Below are positions 8,653-18,820 of a stretch of 26,939 nt of DNA, in pieces. The notes beneath the pieces are model-generated. The model searched no databases. It worked only from the letters and a program-made list of their open reading frames with translations, and was not told the origin of the DNA. The position numbers and the translations under genes are program-made. The stretch covers positions 1 through 26,939 of the IMG/VR virus record IMGVR_UViG_3300007983_000016; one strand, written 5' to 3'. Numbering within the stretch: the stretch's first letter is position 1; each line of letters starts with the position of its first letter. Source of the stretch: a virus (lineage: Duplodnaviria; Caudoviricetes).

Positions 8653-9294
8653 ATGAAAAAGATTTCAGATTATGAGTTGATGAAGAGAATTGTTGAGGAC
8701 GAGGATGAATGGTCTAAGATTCATCTATGGCATCGGTATCAGCCAGTAGTTCATAAGAGAGCTAATTATATGATGACGGTGGTAAGCTCTCGATGGGAAA
8801 AAGATGACCTGATTCAAGAGTTTTTTATTGCCTTCCTAAAAGCAGTAGAATACATAAATCTAGAGAAGATTCCTGATGAGTCTTTTCACTTCGGAACAAT
8901 CTACTTTTTCTTTCTTAGGAAAGTAGAAAATCGTATCAAAATACATCATTTTAAGACACTGTCGGTAGAATCCGAATCTTATGAAAAATTGTTTCACCCT
9001 GAATCTAATTCACAAGATAACTCCAAGTCTATTCATGACAAAAAGGCTACCGAAACAATAAAGCACTCTCATATTTTCGATTTTGACGAATCTTCGGTCC
9101 TATTCAATTCGATAGAGCTTCCGTCTTTTCGAAAGATTCTGACTCCTGATCAGAATAATGTTCTTAGTGATCTTCTCGCGCGGAAGAAAATCGTAGATAT
9201 TTCTAACTCTAGAAATGAAAAGTATGGGCAAGTTTACAAAATGGTAAAAGAAATTAGAGAAAAAGCAAAAACTCATTTTGAGGCGGTGAATTAA
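8653..9294 (+). CDS. RNA polymerase sigma-70-like factor
   Basis: Region 2-like LWHRYQPVV...KDDLIQEFFIAFLKAVE; C-terminal HTH-like LTPDQ...IVDIS. Confidence 0.7.
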   Translation: MKKISDYELMKRIVEDEDEWSKIHLWHRYQPVVHKRANYMMTVVSSRWEKDDLIQEFFIAFLKAVEYINLEKIPDESFHFGTIYFFFLRKVENRIKIHHFKTLSVESESYEKLFHPESNSQDNSKSIHDKKATETIKHSHIFDFDESSVLFNSIELPSFRKILTPDQNNVLSDLLARKKIVDISNSRNEKYGQVYKMVKEIREKAKTHFEAVN

Positions 9295-9456
9295 ATGAAA
9301 ACGTATATCAAACAAGATCGATCCGTGATTATTGAAGAAGAGTCAGACTATTATCGAGTTACTTTTTCTATTTTGGGAATAGTGACAAATACCTACACGG
9401 TTTTTAAGCTTTCATCTGTAGATAGAAGTGAAATACATACGTTTCTAAATATTTGA
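9295..9456 (+). CDS. hypothetical protein (53 aa, not in ORF track)
   Basis: MKTYIKQDRSVIIEE...; abuts the upstream stop; SD-like GAGGCGG. Confidence 0.55.
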   Translation: MKTYIKQDRSVIIEEESDYYRVTFSILGIVTNTYTVFKLSSVDRSEIHTFLNI

Positions 9457-9474
9457 AAAAATTAAGAAAAGTAG

Positions 9475-9503
9475 TGTACAAAAGCTTCGGTATAGAGTAC
9501 TAT
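9475..9503 (+). promoter_or_regulatory. sigma70-like promoter TGTACA-N17-TACTAT
   Basis: Same -35 variant and spacing as the promoter at 8593; AGGAGG SD follows. Confidence 0.65.
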
Positions 9504-9521
9504 GATTTAGGAGGATCAAAT

Positions 9522-9755
9522 ATGATCAAGAATAGAAATGAGATGAAACGAGAGATCGAAATTGATCTTAGTGGACCCGAAGGAAATGCTTTTGTTCTTT
9601 TAGCCTATGCTAGAGACTTGGGACGAAAGCTTAATATGAGTCAAGAGGAAATAAACTTCATCACACACCGCATGCAGAGATCAGATTATGAAAATTTGAT
9701 TAAGGTATTTGATAAATCTTTTGGTCATGTGGTTACTCTTTATAGAGAAAGGTAG
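9522..9755 (+). CDS. conserved hypothetical phage protein
   Basis: IDLSGPEGNAFVLL motif. Start moved to ATG 9522, after AGGAGG. Confidence 0.75.
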   Translation: MIKNRNEMKREIEIDLSGPEGNAFVLLAYARDLGRKLNMSQEEINFITHRMQRSDYENLIKVFDKSFGHVVTLYRER

Positions 9756-9764
9756 AATATTGAA

Positions 9765-11636
9765 ATGAAAAATAGATATGCTGAAACAGATATTAAAAAG
9801 TTAAGTTCAAGAGAGCACGTGCTTTTAAGGCCCAACATGTACATCGGATCAGTTTCAAAGGTTTCTTCAGAAGAGTTTATTCTAGACGAAGAAGAAAAAC
9901 TTGTGAAGAAACAAGTGACCTATGTTCCTGGACTTCTTAAGATAATTAACGAAATAATCGATAATGCTATCGATGAATCCGTTCGAACAAACTACGATTT
10001 TGCTAATGTAATTAGAATAGACATCACAGAAAAATCGGTTTCAGTAGAAGATAATGGCCGAGGAATTCCTGTAAAGAAAATCGAAGGAACCGATCATTAC
10101 ATGCCGGTAGCTGCTTTTTGCCAAGCGCGCACTGGAGCGAATTTCGAAGACGATGAAAATCGATCCACGATTGGTATGAATGGTGTAGGATCTTTTGCAA
10201 CAAATGTTTTCTCTTCTCTATTTAAAGTAGATACCTGTGACGGTGAGAATAAGCTTTCTCTTGTTTGTGAGAATAATCTTAAGAAAGAAAATTTCTCAAT
10301 AAGAAAAAACTCCAAGCAATTTACTACGGTTGAATTTGAACCCGATTTTTCTCAGTTCGAAATCGACAAGCTAGATAAGAATCATATAGATATTATCTAT
10401 CAGCGTATTCTTTTCCTCTCCGTATCTCATCCTCAGGTCAAGTTCTTCTTTAACAAGAAGAGAGTAAGGGTAGCAAACGAGAAAAGTTTCATGTCTCTAT
10501 TCTCAGATTCTTTCGAGCTACTTACTGGGGATGGCTGGTTTGTAGGAGTTTTTCCAAATGAAGAGGATAATTTTTCTTTCTTCTCATACGTGAATGGCCT
10601 CTATATCAAGACGGGTGGAAATCATGTTAACCTCATCTCAAATGAAATTGTAAGTCGAATTCGAGACAAGCTGGTCAAGAAGTATAAGACAATTAAGCCG
10701 GGAGATATTCGCAACAAGCTTTCTTTGGTAGTATTTTTTAACGGCTTCAAGAATATGAAGTTCGATTCTCAAACGAAGGAAAATCTTACCAATTCTACTG
10801 CTGAAATAAGAGACTACATGAAGCTAGAAGTAGCTGATTGGGATAATTTTGGAAAGAAAATTCTTCGCAATACAGATCTTATAGAGCCGATTGTAGAAAT
10901 GTTTCGAATCAAAGAAGAGTTTAAGAAGAAGCAAGAACTTAAGAAGCTATCTTCCAACAAGAAGAAAGTACAAAACGATAAGTATTATCCTCCAATAGGT
11001 GAAAAGAAATATCTTCTTCTTTCAGAGGGTGATTCTGCAACGGCTGGACTTCAGCCGGTTTTTGGACGACAGGGAATCGGATATTTTTCTCTAAGAGGAA
11101 AGCCTCTTAATACTTTCGATACAAAGATTCTCAAGATGGTGGCCAATAAGGAGATTCAAGCTATCGTGGATATTTTGAATCTCGATCTTACGGATCCAAA
11201 TACCAATATGGAATATGAAAAGGTAGTATTCGCTAGCGATCAGGATGCGGATGGGATTCATATTCGCTCACTGTTGCTTACCTTCTTCTTCAGGTTCACT
11301 CCTGCTTTAATCGAACAGGGAAGAATAGTATTCTTACAAACTCCTCTTGTCGTAGGAAAGAAGAAGAACGATATCAAAGAATGGTATTTCTCGATGTCTG
11401 AGTACCAAGATTCTACTTCAGATTTAGAATGGCAATACAAGAAAGGTTTGGGTTCATGGACCAAAAAAGATCTTCAGGAAATTGTAGAAAAAACTGGCGG
11501 AATGGATTCTCTTCTTGTATCATTTTCTCCTACCGAAAAATCTAAAGAGTCAATTACTTCTTGGATGAAGGGAACAGAAGCTAACGCAAGAAAAGAAAAA
11601 TTGTATGGAAAAAAGTTTAATATTTCGACTCTATAA
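9765..11636 (+). CDS. type IIA DNA topoisomerase large subunit (T4 gp39+gp60-like, uninterrupted)
   Basis: HVLLRPNMYIGS, EIIDNAID, DNGRGIP, GMNGVG, EGDSA, LRGK, DQDADG and YKKGLG. Confidence 0.95.
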   Translation: MKNRYAETDIKKLSSREHVLLRPNMYIGSVSKVSSEEFILDEEEKLVKKQVTYVPGLLKIINEIIDNAIDESVRTNYDFANVIRIDITEKSVSVEDNGRGIPVKKIEGTDHYMPVAAFCQARTGANFEDDENRSTIGMNGVGSFATNVFSSLFKVDTCDGENKLSLVCENNLKKENFSIRKNSKQFTTVEFEPDFSQFEIDKLDKNHIDIIYQRILFLSVSHPQVKFFFNKKRVRVANEKSFMSLFSDSFELLTGDGWFVGVFPNEEDNFSFFSYVNGLYIKTGGNHVNLISNEIVSRIRDKLVKKYKTIKPGDIRNKLSLVVFFNGFKNMKFDSQTKENLTNSTAEIRDYMKLEVADWDNFGKKILRNTDLIEPIVEMFRIKEEFKKKQELKKLSSNKKKVQNDKYYPPIGEKKYLLLSEGDSATAGLQPVFGRQGIGYFSLRGKPLNTFDTKILKMVANKEIQAIVDILNLDLTDPNTNMEYEKVVFASDQDADGIHIRSLLLTFFFRFTPALIEQGRIVFLQTPLVVGKKKNDIKEWYFSMSEYQDSTSDLEWQYKKGLGSWTKKDLQEIVEKTGGMDSLLVSFSPTEKSKESITSWMKGTEANARKEKLYGKKFNISTL

Positions 11637-11650
11637 GGTATAATAAGAAT

Positions 11651-12979
11651 ATGAGTGAGATTGCAATTGAAGATTTTTTGAATAATGAGTATTCTCAGAC
11701 AGCTTTGTATGCTAGCTTTAGATCCATTGCTAGTTATGTAGATGGCATGAAGCCTTCATCGAGAAAGATCGTTTATACTCTAAAGAAGAAGAATATTACT
11801 ACAGAAGTAAAAGTCTCACGACTTGCTTCTACAGTATCAGAACTTACAGAATACCTTCATGGTGAAGGAAGCCTTCAAGGAGTAATTTCTGGTATGGCTC
11901 AAACTTTTGTTGGAGCGAATAATGAAGCATTGCTTTATCCAGCAGGAAGTTTTGGAACTCGGTTTGTTCCTACTCCTTCAGCTCCTCGATATATCTTTAC
12001 AAAAAAGTCTTCGGCGTTTGATAGCTACTTCAGCAAAGACGACGATGATGTTTTGATTAAGCAAGAATTTGAAGGAGAAATAATCGAGCCGAAGTTCTTT
12101 GTTCCTATATTCCCACTGCTATTGATCAATGGTTCAGAAGGTATTGGAACCGGTTTTGCACAGAAAATTCTTCCTCGTAATAAGCAAGACCTTATTAAGT
12201 ATATCGAGAATTCACTATCGGGAAAAACAAACTCTAAGCCGCTTACTCCTTACTATGAAGGATTTAGGGGAAAGATTATTGCTGGAGAAGGAGAAGGGGT
12301 AGGTTCGTGGAGCATTATCGGATCCTTCAAGATTAAGGATACGACAACGATTATTGTCGATGAAGTTCCAGTTGGGTATACTCTCTCGTCTTATTCGAAG
12401 GTTCTTGACTCTCTTGAAGAAAGAAAGATTATTCGAGATTATACAGACAAGAGTGAGAACGATAATTTCCTCTTCGAAATCAAAGTTAGTAGAGAGTTTA
12501 CTAAGCAATCGGAAGAAGAAATTCTTAACTCACTGAAGCTTATCAAGCGAGTCTCAGAGAATTATACTTGCATTGATGAGAATAATTCAATAAGAGAATT
12601 TGAATCAGCAGAAGAGATTCTTGAAGCTTATATTAAGATTCGTCTAGAGTATTATAAGAAGAGAAAGCAATATCTTCTGAAGAACTACTCAGAACAGCTC
12701 TCAGAGATATGCAGTAAGGCTCTGTTTATCTCGGAAGTAATAGATGATAAGATACATGTCAACAATGTTCCAAAGCACCAGATCATCACCTCATTGACCG
12801 AGTATGAAGATATTATTCAAATAAATGGATCATATGACTATCTTTTGAATATGCCTATTTATTCACTTACAAAGGAGAAGTATGAAGAGTTATTGAAGAA
12901 AGCAGAAGATAAGAAGCAACAGATAAAGACATTGAAGTCTAAGTCGGAAACTGATCTATGGTTCGAAGAGATAAAGTAA
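11651..12979 (+). CDS. type IIA DNA topoisomerase medium subunit (T4 gp52-like)
   Basis: DGMKPSSRK, YLHGE, active-site SAPRY and NGSEGIGTGFA. Confidence 0.95.
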   Translation: MSEIAIEDFLNNEYSQTALYASFRSIASYVDGMKPSSRKIVYTLKKKNITTEVKVSRLASTVSELTEYLHGEGSLQGVISGMAQTFVGANNEALLYPAGSFGTRFVPTPSAPRYIFTKKSSAFDSYFSKDDDDVLIKQEFEGEIIEPKFFVPIFPLLLINGSEGIGTGFAQKILPRNKQDLIKYIENSLSGKTNSKPLTPYYEGFRGKIIAGEGEGVGSWSIIGSFKIKDTTTIIVDEVPVGYTLSSYSKVLDSLEERKIIRDYTDKSENDNFLFEIKVSREFTKQSEEEILNSLKLIKRVSENYTCIDENNSIREFESAEEILEAYIKIRLEYYKKRKQYLLKNYSEQLSEICSKALFISEVIDDKIHVNNVPKHQIITSLTEYEDIIQINGSYDYLLNMPIYSLTKEKYEELLKKAEDKKQQIKTLKSKSETDLWFEEIK

Positions 12980-12994
12980 ACTAAGGAGTTACGT

Positions 12995-13162
12995 ATGAGT
13001 ATGAAGAAGAAGACGGCATCAGAAAAGAAGAAGAGTCATGATATTCGAGTTGCGCGAGCGGGACAAGAAATGATTGCTAGGATGAATAAGGACGGGAAGT
13101 TTGTTCCTCCTTCTTTGAGCCGAAAGTATACTCGTGGAGCTTTTGGCAATCAGAACGGATAA
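12995..13162 (+). CDS. small basic hypothetical protein (55 aa, not in ORF track)
   Basis: TAAGGAG SD; MSMKKKTASEKKKSHD... Confidence 0.65.
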   Translation: MSMKKKTASEKKKSHDIRVARAGQEMIARMNKDGKFVPPSLSRKYTRGAFGNQNG

Positions 13163-13165
13163 TCT

Positions 13166-13567
13166 TTGAACAGTAATGATCTTCGCCTAATAGATAAAGC
13201 GGCTACTCTTTGTGAACAAAATCCTGAAAACAGGAATAGGCAAAGAATAGCCGCTATTGTTACAGATGCGAAAGGTAATATTCTAAGCACGGGTATCAAC
13301 AGTTATCAAAAGACACACCCTGTACAGGCCCGATATGCCGAAAAAACCAAAAACCAGTATAATGTTTTTCTTCATGCTGAGATTGCTGCTCTCGTAAAAA
13401 ACCGATATACGGAAAAAGCCGCTAGAATCTATATAGCTCGTATTTATAGGAATGGCGATTATGCATTAGCAAAACCTTGTCCTATTTGCTCATTAGCTAT
13501 TAAAGAAGCCGGTATTGAAGAAATTTTTTATACCACGAAAACCAAAGTCATAGAAAAAAGGTACTAA
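13166..13567 (+). CDS. cytidine/deoxycytidylate deaminase-family protein
   Basis: Zn motifs HAEIAAL and KPCPIC. Confidence 0.85.
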   Translation: MNSNDLRLIDKAATLCEQNPENRNRQRIAAIVTDAKGNILSTGINSYQKTHPVQARYAEKTKNQYNVFLHAEIAALVKNRYTEKAARIYIARIYRNGDYALAKPCPICSLAIKEAGIEEIFYTTKTKVIEKRY

Positions 13568-13568
13568 A

Positions 13569-13721
13569 ATGAATAGCAAAAAGGCGAAAGCAATTCGAAG
13601 AATGGTTGAGTCTGAGATCGCAATTTATGAAGAGAAAAGTGGTAAGAAAGTTCCCGACAGCATGCGAAAAAAGTTTTACCAAGACCTTAAGAAAAAGTTC
13701 AAAAACAGCACTATTAACTAG
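13569..13721 (+). CDS. small basic hypothetical protein (50 aa, not in ORF track)
   Basis: MNSKKAKAIRR...; its TAG overlaps the terminase GTG. Confidence 0.6.
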   Translation: MNSKKAKAIRRMVESEIAIYEEKSGKKVPDSMRKKFYQDLKKKFKNSTIN

Positions 13722-15778
13722 TGAGCTCAATTATAAATGAATCCAATGCAAATGAAGGAAAATATCTCATAACTGATCTTGCTTCTGGCGACGAAAGTGT
13801 CAGCAAGAGGAAAGATTTTCTTTCGTTGTCAGGAGAAGAAATAAGAGAAGCGTTGGGTCTTATTTCAAATAGAAAAGATTTATCAAACAAACAGAAACAA
13901 AAGATCCTTTCCAACATTTGGAGAATTCATTACCGAAACAAGCCTCCTACGATAGAAGAATTTTTATCCGAAGAGTGGATAGGACCAACCGCAAATAGTG
14001 TTTATCCTCATGTTAAAGATATTTTGACTGAGTTTTGGCATCCTCAAAGTAACAAAAGAAATCTGTTATTAGGAATGTCGATCGGAACGGGAAAATCGTT
14101 TACTTCTACTCTTTGGTCACTTTATATTACCACTCATCTTTGGAGTATGCGTGATCCTAAGAGATTCTTTGGACTTTCTCAAGCAACTTCTATCGTTCAT
14201 GGTATGATATCTTTTACCTTAGAAAAAGCACAGCAGTTATTATTACAGCCGTTTTTTCAAATACTGCTATCCTCGTCGAAGTTTCATCGCGTGAAGCAAG
14301 AAGAGCATCTTAATAGACATCAGACAGAAAATCCGAACGAGATATGCTGGACTTCAGCTGGAAAAATAGGCGTTCTACAATTCTATAACGACGTTCACTA
14401 TATGATTGCTAGCTCTCCGGCTCAATTGCTTGGATTGAATATGATTACAGCAATTCTTTCAGAAATATCTTTCTTCTTAGAAAAAGGATTCTCATCAGAA
14501 TATATCTGGAGAATTTATCAGGATAGCAAAGGACGTGTTCGTTCTCGTTTTGAGAACATGTATTTTAGCGGCACTGTAATTGACTCTTCGCCAAATGATA
14601 TCGAACTCTCTCCAATAGATAAGTATATTTTTCAAGGTGATGCGGAAAAAGATCCTAGCAATATGGTTATTACCGGAGCTCAGTGGGATTTTCTTCCTCA
14701 TAAATTTCCTGAGTGGTATAAGACTGGAGCATCTTTTCCAGTCTTTAAGGGATCACAAGGTTCTCCTGCTAGAATACTTGAGACAGAAGCTTCAGTGAAT
14801 CAATACAAAAAAGATGAGATTTACCATGTTCCTATTGATCTGAAACAGATGTTTATCGACAATACTGTTAAGTCGGTAAAGGACTATTGTGGATGGCCCT
14901 CGGGGTCTCAAGGAGTCTTAATCAGAGAGGACTCAGTTATAGAAAAAATGTTTACTCCTCAGCTGAAAAATATCTACTCTTATATTTCGGCTCCTGCGTC
15001 TAAGTCATCTACCCGTCTAATTTGGAATGAAATCTATTCTCAATTTTTTATAGAGCATAATAAGGGATTCGAGTTCTATAGAAATCCATTGGAGAAGAGA
15101 TATATTCATGTTGACCAGGCTGAAACTGGAGACATGGCTTCTATATCAATGGTACATCCTGAAATAACTGAAGACGGAGAAATAGTTTACATCACAGATT
15201 TTAATCTAGCTATCTCACCAGAAAAAGAACGAATAAATCTCGATGCTATCCGATTATTTATTCAGGACCTTCGAGATGTAGGAAGAATAAATGTAGACCT
15301 GGTATCTTTTGACCAGTATCAATCTAAAGCAACTATGCAGTATTTGAAGGAAAAGGGATTTAGTGTAGAATTACTATCTGTCGATAGAGATTCGAAACCC
15401 TATTTGACCTATGTTTCACTTATTCATTCGCAGAAAGTCAAAGCTGGTAGAAATATTTTTCTAAAGAATAATCTAAGATCACTGCAGGAAGTTACTACCA
15501 ACAGCGGAAGAAAAAAGATAGACCACACAAAAGGAAAAATTATTTACGAAGACGGAGCTAAATGGGAAACATCAGACATGGGCAAATTCGCAAAAGACGT
15601 CTCAGACTCTCATTGCGGAGCCGTTTGGAATGCTATTCATAATTTTATAGGAGCTCCACGAATGGTATGGAAGAAAGAAAGAGAGATAAAAAACGAAGAC
15701 TACAGCAGTATAATAAAGAAAGAGTTGTATAGTGAATTAAAAAGCCGATATGGTTTGGAGGTATCAAATGGAAGATAA
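13721..15778 (+). CDS. terL: terminase large subunit
   Basis: Walker A IGTGKS; RNase H-like nuclease motifs YIHVDQA, SFDQYQS, KIDH and KDVSDS. Confidence 0.85.
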   Translation: MSSIINESNANEGKYLITDLASGDESVSKRKDFLSLSGEEIREALGLISNRKDLSNKQKQKILSNIWRIHYRNKPPTIEEFLSEEWIGPTANSVYPHVKDILTEFWHPQSNKRNLLLGMSIGTGKSFTSTLWSLYITTHLWSMRDPKRFFGLSQATSIVHGMISFTLEKAQQLLLQPFFQILLSSSKFHRVKQEEHLNRHQTENPNEICWTSAGKIGVLQFYNDVHYMIASSPAQLLGLNMITAILSEISFFLEKGFSSEYIWRIYQDSKGRVRSRFENMYFSGTVIDSSPNDIELSPIDKYIFQGDAEKDPSNMVITGAQWDFLPHKFPEWYKTGASFPVFKGSQGSPARILETEASVNQYKKDEIYHVPIDLKQMFIDNTVKSVKDYCGWPSGSQGVLIREDSVIEKMFTPQLKNIYSYISAPASKSSTRLIWNEIYSQFFIEHNKGFEFYRNPLEKRYIHVDQAETGDMASISMVHPEITEDGEIVYITDFNLAISPEKERINLDAIRLFIQDLRDVGRINVDLVSFDQYQSKATMQYLKEKGFSVELLSVDRDSKPYLTYVSLIHSQKVKAGRNIFLKNNLRSLQEVTTNSGRKKIDHTKGKIIYEDGAKWETSDMGKFAKDVSDSHCGAVWNAIHNFIGAPRMVWKKEREIKNEDYSSIIKKELYSELKSRYGLEVSNGR

Positions 15779-15908
15779 AATAGTTCTCGATGGTAAAGAG
15801 TTTACAAAGACTTTATTCTTGGAGAAGAAAGAAGAACTAGAAAAAAAGCCTGGAGTGAAAATCATCGAGGTTCAGCCTGGGGTTTTCAAGACAAAAATTC
15901 AAGGCTGA
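15768..15908 (+). CDS. hypothetical protein (46 aa, not in ORF track)
   Basis: GGAGGT SD; upstream TATAAT at 15709-15714. Confidence 0.65.
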   Translation: MEDKIVLDGKEFTKTLFLEKKEELEKKPGVKIIEVQPGVFKTKIQG

Positions 15909-15924
15909 GTGGTATAATACATAC

Positions 15925-16275
15925 ATGATAAAGTTCTCAAAGAAAGAAAAAGATGCAGTGCATAGACTTCATCTGTTGACGGGAAAGTCATATCAAGAAG
16001 TTCGAGAGTTTTATGAAGGACTTTTGTTGGACTTTTGTCTTCGGTATCTAGAAAAGGAACAAGTTACTATTCCTCTTTTCGGCGATATCTTTTTTCATTA
16101 CCTGGGAGATGAAATTTCTTCAAAAGGTAGAAAGGCTAAAATAGATATCGACTTTATTCCTGATGACTTTTTAGTAAGGGTAATCGGACAGATTGAAGAC
16201 GGTGAGGAATCTGATCTAGAAAAGCATTTGAAAGAAAAGATTAAGAAGAGTATTGAAGAGACGATAGGTGAATGA
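15925..16275 (+). CDS. hypothetical protein, possibly HU/IHF-like
   Basis: Helical N-terminus followed by EQVTIPLFGDIF, weakly similar to the HU V.i.gFG.F motif. Confidence 0.5.
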   Translation: MIKFSKKEKDAVHRLHLLTGKSYQEVREFYEGLLLDFCLRYLEKEQVTIPLFGDIFFHYLGDEISSKGRKAKIDIDFIPDDFLVRVIGQIEDGEESDLEKHLKEKIKKSIEETIGE

Positions 16276-16994
16276 CAAAGTTTTTTAAGGATCATTCTGC
16301 TAGAATAAAGAAATACGACGTCATTGAAAAAGACGGTGAAGATTATTTTATCGAAACTCAAGAATGGGTCGATTACAAAAACAAGCGTAAGACAGAAAAG
16401 ATAATATCAAAAGGAAATCTTCCTCCGCATATTATTGATCTATCGTTCGATGATCTTATTAAAATGAATGATAGAGTAGATAAGTTGAAGATGTATGTGT
16501 TGAACTTTGACGAGAAGTTTAAGCATATTCATCTTTACTTTTGGGGCAGTAAAAATGGTACTCAAAAGACTACTACTGCTTCTATACTAGCGAAGGAGTT
16601 AGCATTATCGGGTCATTCGGTAGAGTTTATTCTAATGAGTGATTTGTCAAAACTTTTGACGAAGGAAGGTTTCGAAGAAGAAGCCAACGACGAAATAAAT
16701 CGATATCTAAACACAGACTTTTTGATTATCGATGATGCCTTCGATGGAAAAAAGATTACCGTTTATAAGTCAGGATATCAGATTCCATTTATCGATACCT
16801 TTCTGAGAAAGAGATTGGAGACAAAAAGAAAAGCAACTTGTTTTACGAGTAACATACCCCTGAGTAAAATAGACTCAGATATTTTTGGAGTATCATTGAC
16901 AAAGTTATTAGAGAGATCAATTTTTGATCCTTGGGAATTTACTGTTCCTTATTCTCTAAGAAATGATTTTGATCCTACATCTCTTTGGAGTTAG
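16272..16994 (+). CDS. DnaC/IstB-like AAA+ helicase loader
   Basis: LYFWGSKNGTQKT (variant Walker A), DFLIIDD and TCFTSN; adjacent to the helicase. Confidence 0.8.
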   Translation: MTKFFKDHSARIKKYDVIEKDGEDYFIETQEWVDYKNKRKTEKIISKGNLPPHIIDLSFDDLIKMNDRVDKLKMYVLNFDEKFKHIHLYFWGSKNGTQKTTTASILAKELALSGHSVEFILMSDLSKLLTKEGFEEEANDEINRYLNTDFLIIDDAFDGKKITVYKSGYQIPFIDTFLRKRLETKRKATCFTSNIPLSKIDSDIFGVSLTKLLERSIFDPWEFTVPYSLRNDFDPTSLWS

Positions 16995-17024
16995 TTAATT
17001 GTTGGAAAAAGGTAGATTTAGATA

Positions 17025-18395
17025 ATGAATTTCGGAACAGTGAAAGTCGAACAACAAGTCCTGAATTGTGTCTGGGAAAATCCGGATCTTCTCTATAAAT
17101 TAGATAAAGATTATTGGAATACAAATCCAGCGAGAGCTATCAAAGAAAGCATTCAAGAACTCTATGAAAATAAGGTTACGATAACCGTTAATGAAATTGT
17201 GGCAGTTGGTAATAAGAAAGATCCAACAGTTACAAAAGAAAATCTCGAGAAGCTTAGAAGTCAAGAATACGATCTTGCTTCGTTTGATTTTTACCTAAAA
17301 AATCTCCGCAAGAATTGGGCAAAGGAACAAATAGAAGATAAGCTTCTAAAGGAAACTTTGATTGAAGTTTCTAGCAAAGGCGAATTGAATATTGATGTTG
17401 TTAGACAGCTTACAGCTGATATAGATTTAAAGCTTGAAATAATCGAAGGGAAAGATAGTTTACTTCGATCACTGAGTCAGATAACAGAAGAATATCGTGG
17501 AGTTTTGATTAAGAGAAAAAGAGGAGAATATAAATTTTCCACTGGAGACTCTCATCTTGACACATACTTAGCTCAGGGTTTTCCTCCTGGAGAAATAACA
17601 ACTCTTTTTGGAGCCACCGGCGTTGGAAAAAGTATGTATGCTCTAAATCTGATTAGTAGGCAAATGAATAAGCGGATACCTTCGGTTTATTACACTCTCG
17701 AAATGAGCGAGATCGCCTCCATGGACAGATTAATCTCTATTCGTCAAAAGATACCTTCATCATTTTTTCATCTAAACGAAGATGGAGAATTACCAGAAGA
17801 GGCCTTTAAAGTATTGGAAAAAGAAACCGAATATCTGAAGAAGTATGAGGATAATTTTTTCTTGGTAGAAAATCCATCGATATCTCTATCGGATTTTGAA
17901 GCAACAATCAAAGAAGCTCAGAAACGAATGAATACCAAATATTTAATCGCTACGATAGACTTGTTTACCATGATGGCCGATGTTGGTCAAAAAGCAGACG
18001 AAATAGAACAAGCCATGAATCATTTACACTCTATTGTCAAGAGAACGGGAGTTCATGCTCTAATTGTTGTTCAAGCTAATCGGTCGGCGGATAATGCTCG
18101 TGTAGCCACAATAGAACAAATATCTAATCTTCGTCCTTCGCTTAATCATATCAAAAATGCTAATGCTATGGCCGAAAGATCACGTCTAGTATTAGGAGCC
18201 TTTCGCCCTAAGTATTATGCCTCTCGTCTATTTCCAGAAAGTGAAGATTTAGAACTTATGGAAGATACCTTGGAAGTACAGGTTTTGAAGCAGAGTTCTG
18301 GAGAAGTTGGAAAAATAGTTCGGTATATATACGATGCAGAATGTTTTAGAATCTATCCACTAATTTATGAAGAAGATGACCTCGAAGAGGTATAA
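17025..18395 (+). CDS. dnaB: replicative DNA helicase, DnaB-like
   Basis: STGDSHLD, GATGVGKS, YTLEMS and VVQANR. Confidence 0.9.
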   Translation: MNFGTVKVEQQVLNCVWENPDLLYKLDKDYWNTNPARAIKESIQELYENKVTITVNEIVAVGNKKDPTVTKENLEKLRSQEYDLASFDFYLKNLRKNWAKEQIEDKLLKETLIEVSSKGELNIDVVRQLTADIDLKLEIIEGKDSLLRSLSQITEEYRGVLIKRKRGEYKFSTGDSHLDTYLAQGFPPGEITTLFGATGVGKSMYALNLISRQMNKRIPSVYYTLEMSEIASMDRLISIRQKIPSSFFHLNEDGELPEEAFKVLEKETEYLKKYEDNFFLVENPSISLSDFEATIKEAQKRMNTKYLIATIDLFTMMADVGQKADEIEQAMNHLHSIVKRTGVHALIVVQANRSADNARVATIEQISNLRPSLNHIKNANAMAERSRLVLGAFRPKYYASRLFPESEDLELMEDTLEVQVLKQSSGEVGKIVRYIYDAECFRIYPLIYEEDDLEEV

Positions 18396-18419
18396 TATAG
18401 ATATCAATGAGTTAAGGAG

Positions 18420-18620
18420 TTGAGTATGATTTTTTTATTTACTTTGGGCTTTATAGTCACGATGATGGCTGTGCTGCTCGTTGTTTTCATGTTATTTGGA
18501 GAGACAAAGGTTGTTGTTAAATATAATCCTCCAATCTCTAGTGAATTTAAGACGCTCGAGGTTTTTCCTCGAAGAGTGAAGTATGGACGATTACCCAAAG
18601 GAGCGTATGGACAATGTTAA
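18420..18620 (+). CDS. small membrane protein
   Basis: TAAGGAG SD; N-terminal transmembrane helix. Confidence 0.6.
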   Translation: MSMIFLFTLGFIVTMMAVLLVVFMLFGETKVVVKYNPPISSEFKTLEVFPRRVKYGRLPKGAYGQC

Positions 18621-18820
18621 TTCTATGGATTATGATTGCGGGAATATACATTACCGGAGTAATTTATTTTGTAGAGTACGAGCTATATAATGCCGACCCT
18701 ACAGACACTAAGACAGAGCGTTTTTACTATATCCTCGCAGCGTGTTTGTGGCCAATATCATTCCTTTTAGGGCTCATTATGCTAATCTATAATGAACTTA
18801 AAAGATTTTTAAGTAAGTAA
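18614..18820 (+). CDS. small membrane protein
   Basis: AAGGAG SD; two hydrophobic segments, including LWPI. Confidence 0.65.
   Translation: MLILWIMIAGIYITGVIYFVEYELYNADPTDTKTERFYYILAACLWPISFLLGLIMLIYNELKRFLSK

Noticed and set aside
13709-13723. Leaderless/late promoter CACTAT-N6-GTG for the terminase (shares ACTATTAA with 23759-23766)
   Set aside because: It is a poor -10 match, there are only two instances, and the TAG/GTG overlap with the upstream ORF already explains initiation. Not counted.
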